Assembly: GCA_028864975.1 (NCBI GenBank)
Contig: JAGWLG010000015.1
Location: 8,253-72,252 of the forward strand
Length of the DNA: 64,000 nucleotides
Direction of reading: 5' to 3'
Source: Thermoplasmata archaeon
GTDB lineage: Archaea > Thermoplasmatota > Thermoplasmata > Lutacidiplasmatales > UBA184
The position numbers and the translations under genes were made by a program. Below the pieces are notes generated by a model. The model worked only from the letters and a program-made list of their open reading frames with translations. It was not told the origin of the DNA and searched no databases. Every line of letters begins with the position of its first letter. The stretch's first letter is position 1. Of the stretch, positions 46,301 to 54,500 are shown one piece after another.

Positions 46301-46339
46301 GGAAGCCGTCGCCACTCCTTCCCCGGAGGTCGCGCTCAC
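43319..46339 (-). CDS. STAND-type AAA ATPase with inserted DUF835 domain and TPR-like repeats (1006 aa), paralog of 16011-19160
   Basis: Walker A GPGGMGKT; insert LLVTRENP...LWITR...VDGIEYLTSQNSF..VLRLLQFLRD; Walker B LVVVDDLHWAD; TEGNPYFL; FSHPLV; TPR-like C-terminus. Confidence 0.85.
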   Translation of the reverse strand: MSATSGEGVATASPSSLIGRRAEMGRLQRGLAAARQGHGNSCLVLGPGGMGKTRLLRWLEREALSSGFQVSWGNGLQESVAPFFVFEQVFRRRASKGGATDPGSPASSAVPAGELGAYTLFEDERPRRFRATLSALPRECALLLVTRENPGSLKERGQTLPPGTHPLWITRMEGEGRVTPGDLDTLGERTARHLKEHPGGVVAVDGIEYLTSQNSFAAVLRLLQFLRDLAQEADGHLLVAINPSAFEKREVSLLESDAEVIRPVASPEGVTPQVAGGGAESPSATLLRYLQALESAAREAPQLVVVDDLHWADPQSGTAFQFLARNLRDLPVLLVGGAREEEIPANAEEEGGSLSERLEMLSREGLLERIALRGFGEEEARSLLKEVLGGSLSPTSGEVEVRELLRRTEGNPYFLREIFVQLREEGTLEEDGNGYRFARAPHGSDALLATVPPSLRRMVLQRIGRLPAEERAFLDSAAVAGSEFDLPPVAAVRRSSLQEAQRNVESLVHRRRLLEPSIESPGSRWSFSHPLVWEVTMGELSIARRKEEALALLDWWEEHRSEEVETLARLGHASGDLDRGLPWVRRALERSLAASLPESASTYLSWMRELRRSAAHPGEEGQVESEIQAAGRLSRIGGPRHARRSLLELLTEPLSDRLRWAAREALARATDPFDTQEARRIANELEGEFQRRGSDVPARLRHDLESFQAYLWMQQGDHERAMTLLTSIVEAPKSEVSPETRGRALTHGAWCHYVLGRPDRAEAWLGEVLETAQDDDATVAQAYNLQGMMAEARGDAVGMREMAEKAADHARRAGSFTNAAIYEYNAAISLVEAGKAEEAEQVGRHLWDLGTKFDVPRVRCCGAFLIARSEGTRKNAPAAVQWAERSLQEALAMQRNDDIWECQLLVAEMKGEAGNLNEALATYDALAREGVFDHGAAAVSQLPSMVRFFERRGLEDRCRVAAEKALAAAISFKNPVVERQMRETLARLTTSSKGTGGAPEPAAKPL

Positions 46340-46479
46340 GGGCGGGGCGGAACCCTCCGGAGGACTTAGTCATCACGGGGTCGACCTGTGCATGGTTTCG
46401 CGACCTCTTCCCGTACCTCCAAAGGGGATGGGTTCCCCTTTCGCAGTCCGAAGGGGCCAACATGCCCGCAAGTCACCGT

Positions 46480-46865
46480 ATGGACCGAGCCGCGCCAGCG
46501 CCTCGCCCCTGGATAAGGAGCACCGCGGTGGTCGTCTCTAGCAGGAAGCGCGCTCTCGACGGCTATGTTCACGAGCTCGGTCTGGTACCAGTCCACCAGG
46601 GGGGCCACTGGGTGACCGTGGGACGCAGGGGACGCGGAGGAGCGCTCCACCTATGCCAACTTTCCGAGCTCGACTCGACCGCACCCCTTGAGCCCGGGAA
46701 CCCGGGTGTTCTTCTCTTCCTGCGCGGGGACTTCCAACGAGCTGTCGGAAACTTCGCGACCGCGGGGTGCCATTCGAGGAAGGGCCCACCCTGTAGCCAT
46801 GGGGGTGGGATGCCACCATCCGAGACCCGGACGGCAACGAGCTCCTGCTCATGCCGGCTCCTTGA
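46480..46865 (+). pseudogene. Disrupted VOC/glyoxalase-family gene (frameshift near 46747 and in-frame TAG at 46794-46796)
   Basis: Frame 1 gives IRSTAVVVS.RKRAL...LGL...HWVTVG...LHLCQ...LEPGN.G..L; the expected C-terminus KLRDRGVPF.EGPTL*PWGWDATIRDPDGNELLLMP lies in another frame with an internal stop. Confidence 0.75.
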
Positions 46866-46944
46866 GGGGCCGACCAGGGTTCGACCTCGGCCCGCGACCC
46901 TTTGCGCAACGGTTTATCAGCTGAAGAGCTCCCAATTCCCGGAC

Positions 46945-47625
46945 GTGGCAGCGACCCGGACCCCCTCCACCGGCCGAGAGTCTGGGGAGGAGCTCCTCAT
47001 CGTCTTTGGCCACGTGCCGAGCCTGGGCGTGGGACTCAAGGAGATCACGCGCGCCCACGGTCCCCAGGCCGCTTACAGTCTGCAACGCCACCTTCTGGAC
47101 ACGTGCTTGCAACATGCGAGCGAGGTCGCCGTGCGCAAGTGGTTCCGCTACCCTGTGGGAACGCCCGCTCCCCCCTTGGCGAACGACTGGTCCTCCCGCC
47201 CCCACGAACCGGGTCCCATTGGAGAGCTGATCACCGTTGCGATGGCCGAGGGCTTTGAACGGGGCTTCCAGCGGATCGTCCTGTTCTACGCCGACTGCCC
47301 CTCGCTCGTCCCAGAGTTCTTGGAGAGCGCTTTCGAGGCGCTGGAGAACGGGGATGACCTGGTCCTGGGCCCGACCCGTCGCGGTGGCCTCTACCTCGTT
47401 GGCGCTGACCGAAAGGTCGGGGACCTCTTCGGCAGCCTTCCCTGGGGTACCCATCAGGTCTTTGCGGTCGCCCAACGCCACGCCCAAGAAGGGCATCTCA
47501 GGGTGTTCGTTCTGCCCCCGAAGGTCGCCGTGGAATACCTCGAGGACTGGCGCGAGGCGGCCTCCGAGGGGTGGATCCCGCCCCCACCGGTGGTTTCCGG
47601 AGGATCTGGGCGACCGGAAGGATGA
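46945..47625 (+). CDS. Divergent DUF2064/TIGR04282-like nucleotidyl/glycosyltransferase-fold protein
   Basis: LIVF...P..G, G..AA..L...LL, V....DCP.L....L..AF..L....DLVLGP...GG.YLVG, F..LPWGT..V; several usual motifs are substituted. Start uncertain. Confidence 0.65.
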   Translation: MAATRTPSTGRESGEELLIVFGHVPSLGVGLKEITRAHGPQAAYSLQRHLLDTCLQHASEVAVRKWFRYPVGTPAPPLANDWSSRPHEPGPIGELITVAMAEGFERGFQRIVLFYADCPSLVPEFLESAFEALENGDDLVLGPTRRGGLYLVGADRKVGDLFGSLPWGTHQVFAVAQRHAQEGHLRVFVLPPKVAVEYLEDWREAASEGWIPPPPVVSGGSGRPEG

Positions 47626-47824
47626 GGCTCGTCGAGCCGTCATTCGGCGAGCCGCGATCTCCATCCGCCCTCCTTCTGACGGCGAAGGCGATCGCCTAGG
47701 TGCCCCATGGCCTCGAAGGAAGTTCCGCGGCTTCAGTTGCGGCCGCGTCAGCTTCATTAGGGGGGCTAGGCGATAGGCCGCGCGCGGGCCCCTTGGGCCT
47801 TCCCATCGACCAAGGTCCACATCC

Positions 47825-48547
47825 ATGTCCGGAGCGGTGAACCCGTCATCCGCGGCCTCCCGGGTCTCCAGTTTCGCCTTTGTACAGCTTCCGGAGCTCG
47901 AACCTCGACGCTACCAGGTCCTGGTGGTCGACGATGACGAGTCTGCGCTCCAGCTCATCGAGCACTGCCTGAAGAGCGCGACGGACTTCGAGTGCGAAGC
48001 CTCGCTCGCCAAGGACGCCGCGGAGGCGAAGAGCAAGCTCTCCTCAGACCGCTTCGATGCGGTGCTCGCCGACCAGATGATGCCGGGGGAGAACGGCATC
48101 GAGCTCCTGATGCACGTGAAGGAGGAGTATCCCCAGACCCTTCGTATCCTGATCACGGCCTACTCGAGCCTGGGCGCGGTCCTGCGCGCCGTGAACCTTG
48201 CCCAGGTCCACAGCTACATCGAGAAGCCCTTCGACCCTCGCCACCTCAATCGCGCGGTCTACGAGGCTCTGTTACGGCGCCAAGAGCGGCAGAAGACGCA
48301 GGTGATGAACGCGAGATCGGTGGAGGACGCGCTCCAGATGCTCCAAGGCCTCGAGCGTGCACTGGGAGGGGCCCCGACGCGCCCGGACGGGGCGGGAGTG
48401 ACCTTCACGTTTGACTCCCCCGTCGACTTTAACCAGTTCATCTTCGAGATCCTTCAAGCGAAGGCTTCGGTGATCAAGGACGTTCACGTCTTCGAAGGAC
48501 GATTCCACGTGATGGTCTCCATCCAGTCCACCTCGGGTAAGGCGTGA
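47825..48547 (+). CDS. Response regulator receiver with an unrecognised short C-terminal domain
   Basis: VLVVDDD, VLADQMMPG..G, ILITAY, YIEKPF, followed by about 90 extra residues without an obvious HTH. Confidence 0.85.
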   Translation: MSGAVNPSSAASRVSSFAFVQLPELEPRRYQVLVVDDDESALQLIEHCLKSATDFECEASLAKDAAEAKSKLSSDRFDAVLADQMMPGENGIELLMHVKEEYPQTLRILITAYSSLGAVLRAVNLAQVHSYIEKPFDPRHLNRAVYEALLRRQERQKTQVMNARSVEDALQMLQGLERALGGAPTRPDGAGVTFTFDSPVDFNQFIFEILQAKASVIKDVHVFEGRFHVMVSIQSTSGKA

Positions 48548-48583
48548 CCGGGCGCCCTGCGCCCGGGCCGACGCGAACGGGGC

Positions 48584-48961
48584 CTACCTTGGAACGAAGA
48601 GCAGGGAGATCGAGTTCACGCAGTGGCGCGTGTTCCGTGGCGTGAACCCCTCCCCTTCGAAGACGTGGCCCAGGTGGCCGCCGCAGCGAGCGCAGGTGAT
48701 CTCGACCCGCTGCCCGTCCGCGTCCGTCTCGCGGTGGACGGCTCCGGGGACCTCCTGGTCGAAGGAGGGCCACCCGCAGCCCGCATCGAACTTGTCGTCG
48801 GAGCGGTAGAGTGGGGTCCCACACCGCTTGCACACGTAGGTCCCCGACTTCCATTGCTTCTCGTACTCCCCCGAGAAGGGCGCCTCGGTCCCCTTGTGGA
48901 GGATGACCCTCTCTTCTTCACGTGTGAGTTTTCGGAGACCGGGGGCGGCGGCGCCCGACAT
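48584..48961 (-). CDS. msrB: Peptide-methionine (R)-S-oxide reductase
   Basis: [17 protein letters not shown]...[34 protein letters not shown]. Confidence 0.96.
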   Translation of the reverse strand: MSGAAAPGLRKLTREEERVILHKGTEAPFSGEYEKQWKSGTYVCKRCGTPLYRSDDKFDAGCGWPSFDQEVPGAVHRETDADGQRVEITCARCGGHLGHVFEGEGFTPRNTRHCVNSISLLFVPR

Positions 48962-49023
48962 GGAACGAGGAGCCCCCCGGCCCTCTTCAAGCTAGGGGAG
49001 GACGCAGCCTCTACCCGAACCGG

Positions 49024-49179
49024 TCAGGGGGTCGGGACAGGGCAGGAGGGGCAGCAAGCTGTAGCCGTGGAGCAGCAAGCGCAGCAACGGCAGCAACCCC
49101 CCTCGCACTGACAACAGCTGCAAGAGGGTCGGAAGGGTGGTGCTGCGCGTGCGCCGGCAAGTGTCTGAGCCGCGTTCAT
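49024..49179 (-). CDS. Small Cys-rich metallothionein-like peptide MNAAQTLAGARAAPPFRPSCSCCQCEGGCCRCCACCSTATACCPSCPVPTP (51 aa, 13 Cys)
   Basis: Translated by hand from ATG 49179 to TGA 49026-49024; all Cys lie in residues 20-46; co-oriented between ribA and msrB; TATA-like CTTAAG 30-35 nt upstream. Not in the ORF track. Confidence 0.75.
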   Translation of the reverse strand: MNAAQTLAGARAAPPFRPSCSCCQCEGGCCRCCACCSTATACCPSCPVPTP

Positions 49180-49208
49180 GGCTACAGGCATCTCAGGCGG
49201 GGCCCCAC

Positions 49209-49214
49209 CTTAAG
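49209..49214 (-). promoter_or_regulatory. Putative TATA box (CTTAAG) for the Cys-rich peptide
   Basis: Only AT-rich block in the ribA-peptide gap; promoter-like spacing to ATG 49179. Confidence 0.4.
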
Positions 49215-49287
49215 CCCTCCCGGGCACGGTAGCAGCCTCCGTCCACTACCATGCCCGGGCTGCCACCCCCGCGGTCGCATTCCCGCC

Positions 49288-50025
49288 CTACGAAGGGGAA
49301 GGAGGGGCCTCGTCGGCCCCAGCATTGTCCAGCTGTTCGGAGAACTCCACCCCGCTCGACGGCCCCAGGAGGTGCCCCGCCTTCGTCCGCTTCGTCTCGA
49401 GATACCGACGGTTGTGCGGGTTGGGGGGGATGACGATCGGGATACGTCCTTCGACCTCGATCCCGTGGAACTTGAGGTCCGCGATCTTGTCAGGGTTGTT
49501 CGACATGAGCTGGATCGACCGGACGTTGAGCGAGTTCAGCATGTGGGCGGCCACCTCGTAGTCGCGTTCGTCGGGGCGGAAACCGAGCGCGCGGTTCGCT
49601 TCGATCGTGTCCAGCCCTTGCTCCTGGAGTTGGTAGGCCTTGATCTTGTTCTCGAAGCCGATGCCCCTTCCCTCCTGCCGGAGGTAGAGGACGATCCCCA
49701 GGTCCCGCTTGCCGATCTCCTTGAGGGCCTGCTCGAGCTGGTCGCGGCAATCGCAGCGCAGGGACCCCAGGGCATCTCCCGTCAGGCATTCGGAGTGCAG
49801 CCGCACGGGAACGTGCTGCTGTCCCAGTGGGTCACCGCGGACGAGCGCCGCGTGCTCCTTCCCGTCGAAGGGGCTGTGGAAGGCCACGACCTGGAAGTCT
49901 CCGAAGCGCGTAGGAAGGTCGGCGATCGCGGTGATCCGGACGCAGACATGCTTCCCGCCTTCAGAGCAATCGTGGTCCTTGTTCTCCTCCAGGACACGCT
50001 CGACGGTCGCGTGAGGAATGGCCAT
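49288..50025 (-). CDS. ribA: GTP cyclohydrolase II (bacterial-type)
   Basis: A.LPT.FG.F, VRLHSECLTGD.LGSLRCDC..QL, YLRQEGRGIG..NK.KAY.LQ.QG.DT.EAN..LGF..D.R.Y, LMSNNP.K, RYL.TK..K.GH. Start ATG 50025 (50046 is an alternative). Confidence 0.95.
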   Translation of the reverse strand: MAIPHATVERVLEENKDHDCSEGGKHVCVRITAIADLPTRFGDFQVVAFHSPFDGKEHAALVRGDPLGQQHVPVRLHSECLTGDALGSLRCDCRDQLEQALKEIGKRDLGIVLYLRQEGRGIGFENKIKAYQLQEQGLDTIEANRALGFRPDERDYEVAAHMLNSLNVRSIQLMSNNPDKIADLKFHGIEVEGRIPIVIPPNPHNRRYLETKRTKAGHLLGPSSGVEFSEQLDNAGADEAPPSPS

Positions 50026-50180
50026 GTGGAGCGCCCTCGGGACCACCGAGACCAGACCACGAACGGCTCAAAAGGACGAGGTTCGCGCCCGTTCGCTCAG
50101 GACGGAGGTCCCATAAGCTCCGCCTTGCATGGGCGGGGTCCCCCCGAAGGCAGAGTAGGAGCGATGAGCCCAGACCTGCC

Positions 50181-51473
50181 ATGATGGACCGCAGCCACCT
50201 CTCCTTCGGCTTCCTCCCGGGGGCCCAAGCTCCTAGCTATCGACGGGTTCTGCGCACACCCTCTCTTGGGTTGCTCTGGGCGAGCCAGCTCGTGAGCCAG
50301 TCCGGGGACTACGTCTTCGATGTGGCCCTGATCTGGTATGTCGCCCAGCGGTCGGCCCTCTCGCCGCTCGACATCGCCTCGGTCAGCATCGCCGCCTTCG
50401 TTCCTTGGATCGTGCTCTCTCCCCTGATCGGAACCCTGATCGACGAGTCGAACCGAAGGACCGCCCTCCTGGTGAGCAATCTGGTCCAGGCCGCGGTGGT
50501 CGGCCTGCTGGCCTACCTGGTCCTTGTGCGGGCTTTCGCGCTCGGGCCCATCCTCGTCCTGGTCATGGTCCTGAACTCGGGGGGGGTCGCCGTAGGGGTC
50601 TCTGCGCGCTCGATGCTCGCCCACATCGTGGCCAAGGAGGACCTCTCCGCCGCGAACGGGATCTTCTTCTTCTCGAACAGCGCGAACCAGCTCCTGGGCT
50701 TCAGCCTGGGGGGGGTCGTGGTGGCGCTCGCGGGAAGCGCCCTCCCGATCGAGTACGACGCGTTGACCTTCGTGGTCGCGGCCGCCCTGGTGATCAGCAT
50801 CGCCCCGAAGGCCGGGGAGGTCCCGCCCCTCCCCGGAGGGCGGGAACCGGGTCCCTGGTGGAAGAGGTTCTGGCCCGACCTGAAAGCGGGGGCCAGCTAC
50901 GTTCATGGCCACCAGACCCTCCGACGCATGCTCCTGATGGTGACCTTCTCGACCTTCGTCCTCAACGGCTACACGGTCCTCTCGGTCCTCTACGTTTACG
51001 ACGTGGTCGGGTCGCACAGCGCGCTGTCCTACGGGGCGTTCCTGGCGTCCATGGCGGCGGGGGGCACCCTCGGCTCGATCCTTATCGGACGGATCGATGC
51101 TCGGGCCCATGTGGGAACGGCGCTCTTTCTCGGGACCGGAGGTCTCGGGGCCATCACCGCCCTCCTGGGCGTGGCCCACTTCCTCGCTCTGGGACTCCTC
51201 CTCGCCTTCCTCCTGAACGCTTCCGGGGCACTCGTTACGGTCTCAAGCTCCTCTTGGATCCAAGCCCAGGTCCCCGAGGCGCTGCAAGCCCGCGTCTGGG
51301 GCTACACCGGGCTCACGCGCGCGGGGGCCCCGGCAGGGGCGGCGCTCGTCGGTGGACTTGCGAGTGGGGGGTACACCGTCCCAGCAATCATGCTCGGGGT
51401 GGGGCTCGGCGTACTCGCTCTGGTCGGGGTCCTCCATGTGGCGTTCCGCGACCTTCGGAGCGTCAGCTACTGA
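50181..51473 (+). CDS. MFS transporter (DHA3/macrolide-efflux-like)
   Basis: About 12 hydrophobic segments; LWASQLVSQ.GD, G.LID..NRR motif A, EDL.AANG, Q..VPE...RV.G. Confidence 0.88.
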   Translation: MMDRSHLSFGFLPGAQAPSYRRVLRTPSLGLLWASQLVSQSGDYVFDVALIWYVAQRSALSPLDIASVSIAAFVPWIVLSPLIGTLIDESNRRTALLVSNLVQAAVVGLLAYLVLVRAFALGPILVLVMVLNSGGVAVGVSARSMLAHIVAKEDLSAANGIFFFSNSANQLLGFSLGGVVVALAGSALPIEYDALTFVVAAALVISIAPKAGEVPPLPGGREPGPWWKRFWPDLKAGASYVHGHQTLRRMLLMVTFSTFVLNGYTVLSVLYVYDVVGSHSALSYGAFLASMAAGGTLGSILIGRIDARAHVGTALFLGTGGLGAITALLGVAHFLALGLLLAFLLNASGALVTVSSSSWIQAQVPEALQARVWGYTGLTRAGAPAGAALVGGLASGGYTVPAIMLGVGLGVLALVGVLHVAFRDLRSVSY

Positions 51474-51544
51474 GCGGGCCCACGCTCGACAGGGTCGCCG
51501 GTCGCGCGGCGAACGACCTGTGCGAGACTCTGGAAGTGCGCGGT

Positions 51545-54500
51545 TCAGCTCTCGTGGTAGTCGTCCGGCTCCGTCCCCTCGTCGGGGGGAACTGGGGTGG
51601 ACGCTGGGACGGGGGGGAGCGGAGTCTCCGGGCCACCTGGCGTTGGCGACGGTGCAGAGGCCGAGGGTGGTGTCGGCTCGGAGACATCGTCCGAGCTCTT
51701 CGAGGGACCCCCAGTGCCACCGGCCGAGGGCTTGCCGCCCCCGCGACGGTTCCTCAGGAGCAAGACGAGCAGGAGCAACCCGAGGATGGCCACCACGGCG
51801 ATCAGAGCCAGCTCACCGGAGATGCCGCTCGCTCCGAACAAGGAGGTCGTGAGAGTCGGTTTCGCCCCGACGTTGACCGTCGAGGTCGCGGAACTCGTCA
51901 CCCCGAGCGAATCCGACACGACCACTTTCACCGAGCTGTTCCCAACGACGGTCGGGCGGCAGACAATGGTCGCCGAGTTGGAGCTCGCGCATCCCGCAGG
52001 GAGACCCGTCCAGCTGTAGCTGAGGCTCCCCGTTCCACCCGCGGCGGAGGCCGAGAACGTCACGAGGCCTCCCAGCGTCAAGCTCGAGGGGCTTGCGACG
52101 AGCGACACCGTCGGGTCCGCGCTCACGGTCACCACAACGACCGAGGTGCCCGTGCGACCTTGGGTGTCCGTCGCGGTCAACGTCGCGGTGAAGGTGCCCG
52201 GCGCCGAGTAGGTGTGGTTCGCGTAGCGCCCGGTCGCGCTCGACCCGTCACCGAAGGTCCAGGAGAACGTGCTGGCACCGGTGCCCTGGGCAGCGAAGCC
52301 GCCGAAGGCGACGGCGCTGCCCACATCGGTCGTGGCAGGAGCCGCGCTGCCGGTGACGGCGAGAGCCTGCGCGACCTGGACCGTCACCGAGCTCGAGGAG
52401 GTGCCTCCCACCGAGTCGTTGACGATCAACGCGACTCGGAAGCTCCCCGCGAGAGAGAACGTGTGCCTGGGCGTGGGGGAGGTCGAGAAGCCCCCGTCAC
52501 CGAAGTTCCACAGGTAGGTGTAGGGGCCCGTGCCGCCCGTCTGGGAGCCGGTGAAGGAGACCGGGACCCCCGTGTCCGTCGCGGTGGGGGTCGCACTGGC
52601 CGATGCCCCCAGAGCCGCGTTCACGGTCACCGTCAAGATGGCCGTCCCGACCCCGCCGTGTGTGTCGTTCGCCCAGACCGTCACGGTGTAGCTTCCCGCC
52701 GACGCGAAAGCGTGGGAGATGGAGGCTGTAGCAGCTCCGGTGGAGCCGTCCCCGAACCACCAAGCGTAGGAGAGCGTCCCGGTGCCGCCGGTGGCGGTCG
52801 AAGCAAAGGCGACAGGGATGGCCACGTCCGTCGTCAGGGGGGTCCCTGAGGCCGTCACGCTCGGGGCCGCCTGTACGGTGACCACGACCGTAGAGGTCGA
52901 GCTCTGAGCGCGGGCGTCCGTGACCGTGAGGGTGGCGGTGTAGGTCCCCGGCGCCGTGTAGGTGTGGTTGCCGTAGCGGGCCGCCGAGGTGCCGGTGTCG
53001 CCGAAGCTCCAGGCATAGGTGTCGGCACCCGTCCCTCCCGAGGCGAATCCACCGAAGGAGACGGGGACGCCAACATCCGTCGCACCGGTGCTCGAGCTTG
53101 CGACCACCGAAACGGCGACGTTCACGGTCATCGGGACCGACGCACTCGAGGTTCCTCCGACCGCGTCCGTGACCGTCAGGGTGGGAGTGTACGTTCCCGC
53201 GGTAGCATAGACATGGTTGGGGGAGGCGACCGTCGAGTACCCGCCGTCCCCGAAGTTCCAGAGGTAGGTGTACGCACCCGTGCCGGCCGCGCCCGAGCCC
53301 ACGAACGCGACGGTCAAGCCCGCGTCCGTCGTTGCGGGGGTGGCACTGGCGGAGGCCGCGAGGACCGCGTTCACGAGGACCGAGGCCGTGGCCATGGCGG
53401 TCCCGCCCACGGTGTCGTTCACCCAGAGGACCGCGGTGTAGGTCCCCGCCGCAGCGTAGATGTGCGAGGGTTGGGCCAGCGAGCTGGTCAGGCCGTCGCC
53501 GAAGCGCCAGGCGTAGGTGAGGCTACCTGTTCCGCCGCTCGCCGTGGACGCGAAAGCGACGCCGATACCGGCATCGGTGGCCCCGGGGGTCACGCTTGTG
53601 GTGGCGGCGAGGGCTGCGTTCACGGTGACCGGGAGGGTCGCAGCCGTCGCGACCACGCCCTGGGCGTCGGTGACGGCCAGGGTCGCGGTGTAGGTACCCG
53701 ACACGTTGTAGGTGTGTGTCGGAGCGGTCGCGTGCGAGACCGGGGTCGAATCCCCGTAGTTCCAGATGTAGGTGAAAGGACCGACACCACCCGTCAGGGA
53801 GGACACGAAGGCCACCGGGACGCCGACATCGGTGGGAGAGGGGGCGGCGGAGTCCGAAACCGCCGGGTCGGCGACGACCGTGATCGAGACGGTGCTCGTC
53901 GAGGTTTGACCCACGGCGTCCGTCACCGTCAGGACCACGCTGTAGCTCCCGGGCGCGACGAACGCATGGCTTGGGTTCTGGGCCGAGGAGGAGCTACCGT
54001 CCGCGAAGTTCCACGCGTACCCGTAGGCCGTCGTCCCGAGGGTCGCGGAACCGAGGAAGGCGACTGGTACGCCCGCGTCCACCGTCGTCGGCGTCCCGCT
54101 CGCGCTCGCGATGGGGTCGGCGTTCACGGTCAGGGAGAGCGTGTGAGTCGCGGTGGTTCCCAAACTGTCGGTCACGGTGAGGACGACCGTATAGGCGGTG
54201 GCCGTAGTGTAAGTGTGCGTCGGGTTCGAGGCCGTGCTCGTGGTCGAGTCGCCGAAGTCCCAGGCGTAAGTGTAGGGGGCCGTTCCGAAGGTTACGCCGG
54301 AGGTGAAAGCGACCGGGGTCCCCACGTCGGTCGGGTTAGGCGCGGCCGTGAAGGTGACGCCGGGCACCTCGTTCACCGCGACCGCGACGGGCTGGGAAGA
54401 GACCGCACCGACCGCGTCCGTCACCGTGAAGATGGCCGAGAAGGTCCCGGAGACGTTGTAGACGTGCGTCGGAGTCAGGTATCCCGAGGAGGGGCTCCCG

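Noticed and set aside
46421-46441. AAAGGGGA-TGGGT-TCCCCTTT inverted repeat
   Set aside because: Single 8-bp stem in a divergent gap with no further support; function cannot be assigned.
46794-46796. In-frame TAG as a pyrrolysine codon
   Set aside because: The same gene also has a frameshift, no pyl genes are in the window, and VOC proteins are not known Pyl carriers; a pseudogene is the simpler explanation.
49024-49179. Cys-rich peptide as a RiPP precursor
   Set aside because: Not excluded, but down-weighted because no radical SAM, YcaO or peptidase gene is adjacent; the metallothionein-like reading is preferred.
50405-52849. Long 814-aa plus-strand ORF, and similar ORFs at 52964-54601 and 55217-56383
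   Set aside because: Antisense shadows of the giant PKD gene or off-frame overlaps of the MFS gene; Arg/Gly-rich low-complexity translations typical of GC-rich DNA, with no motifs.
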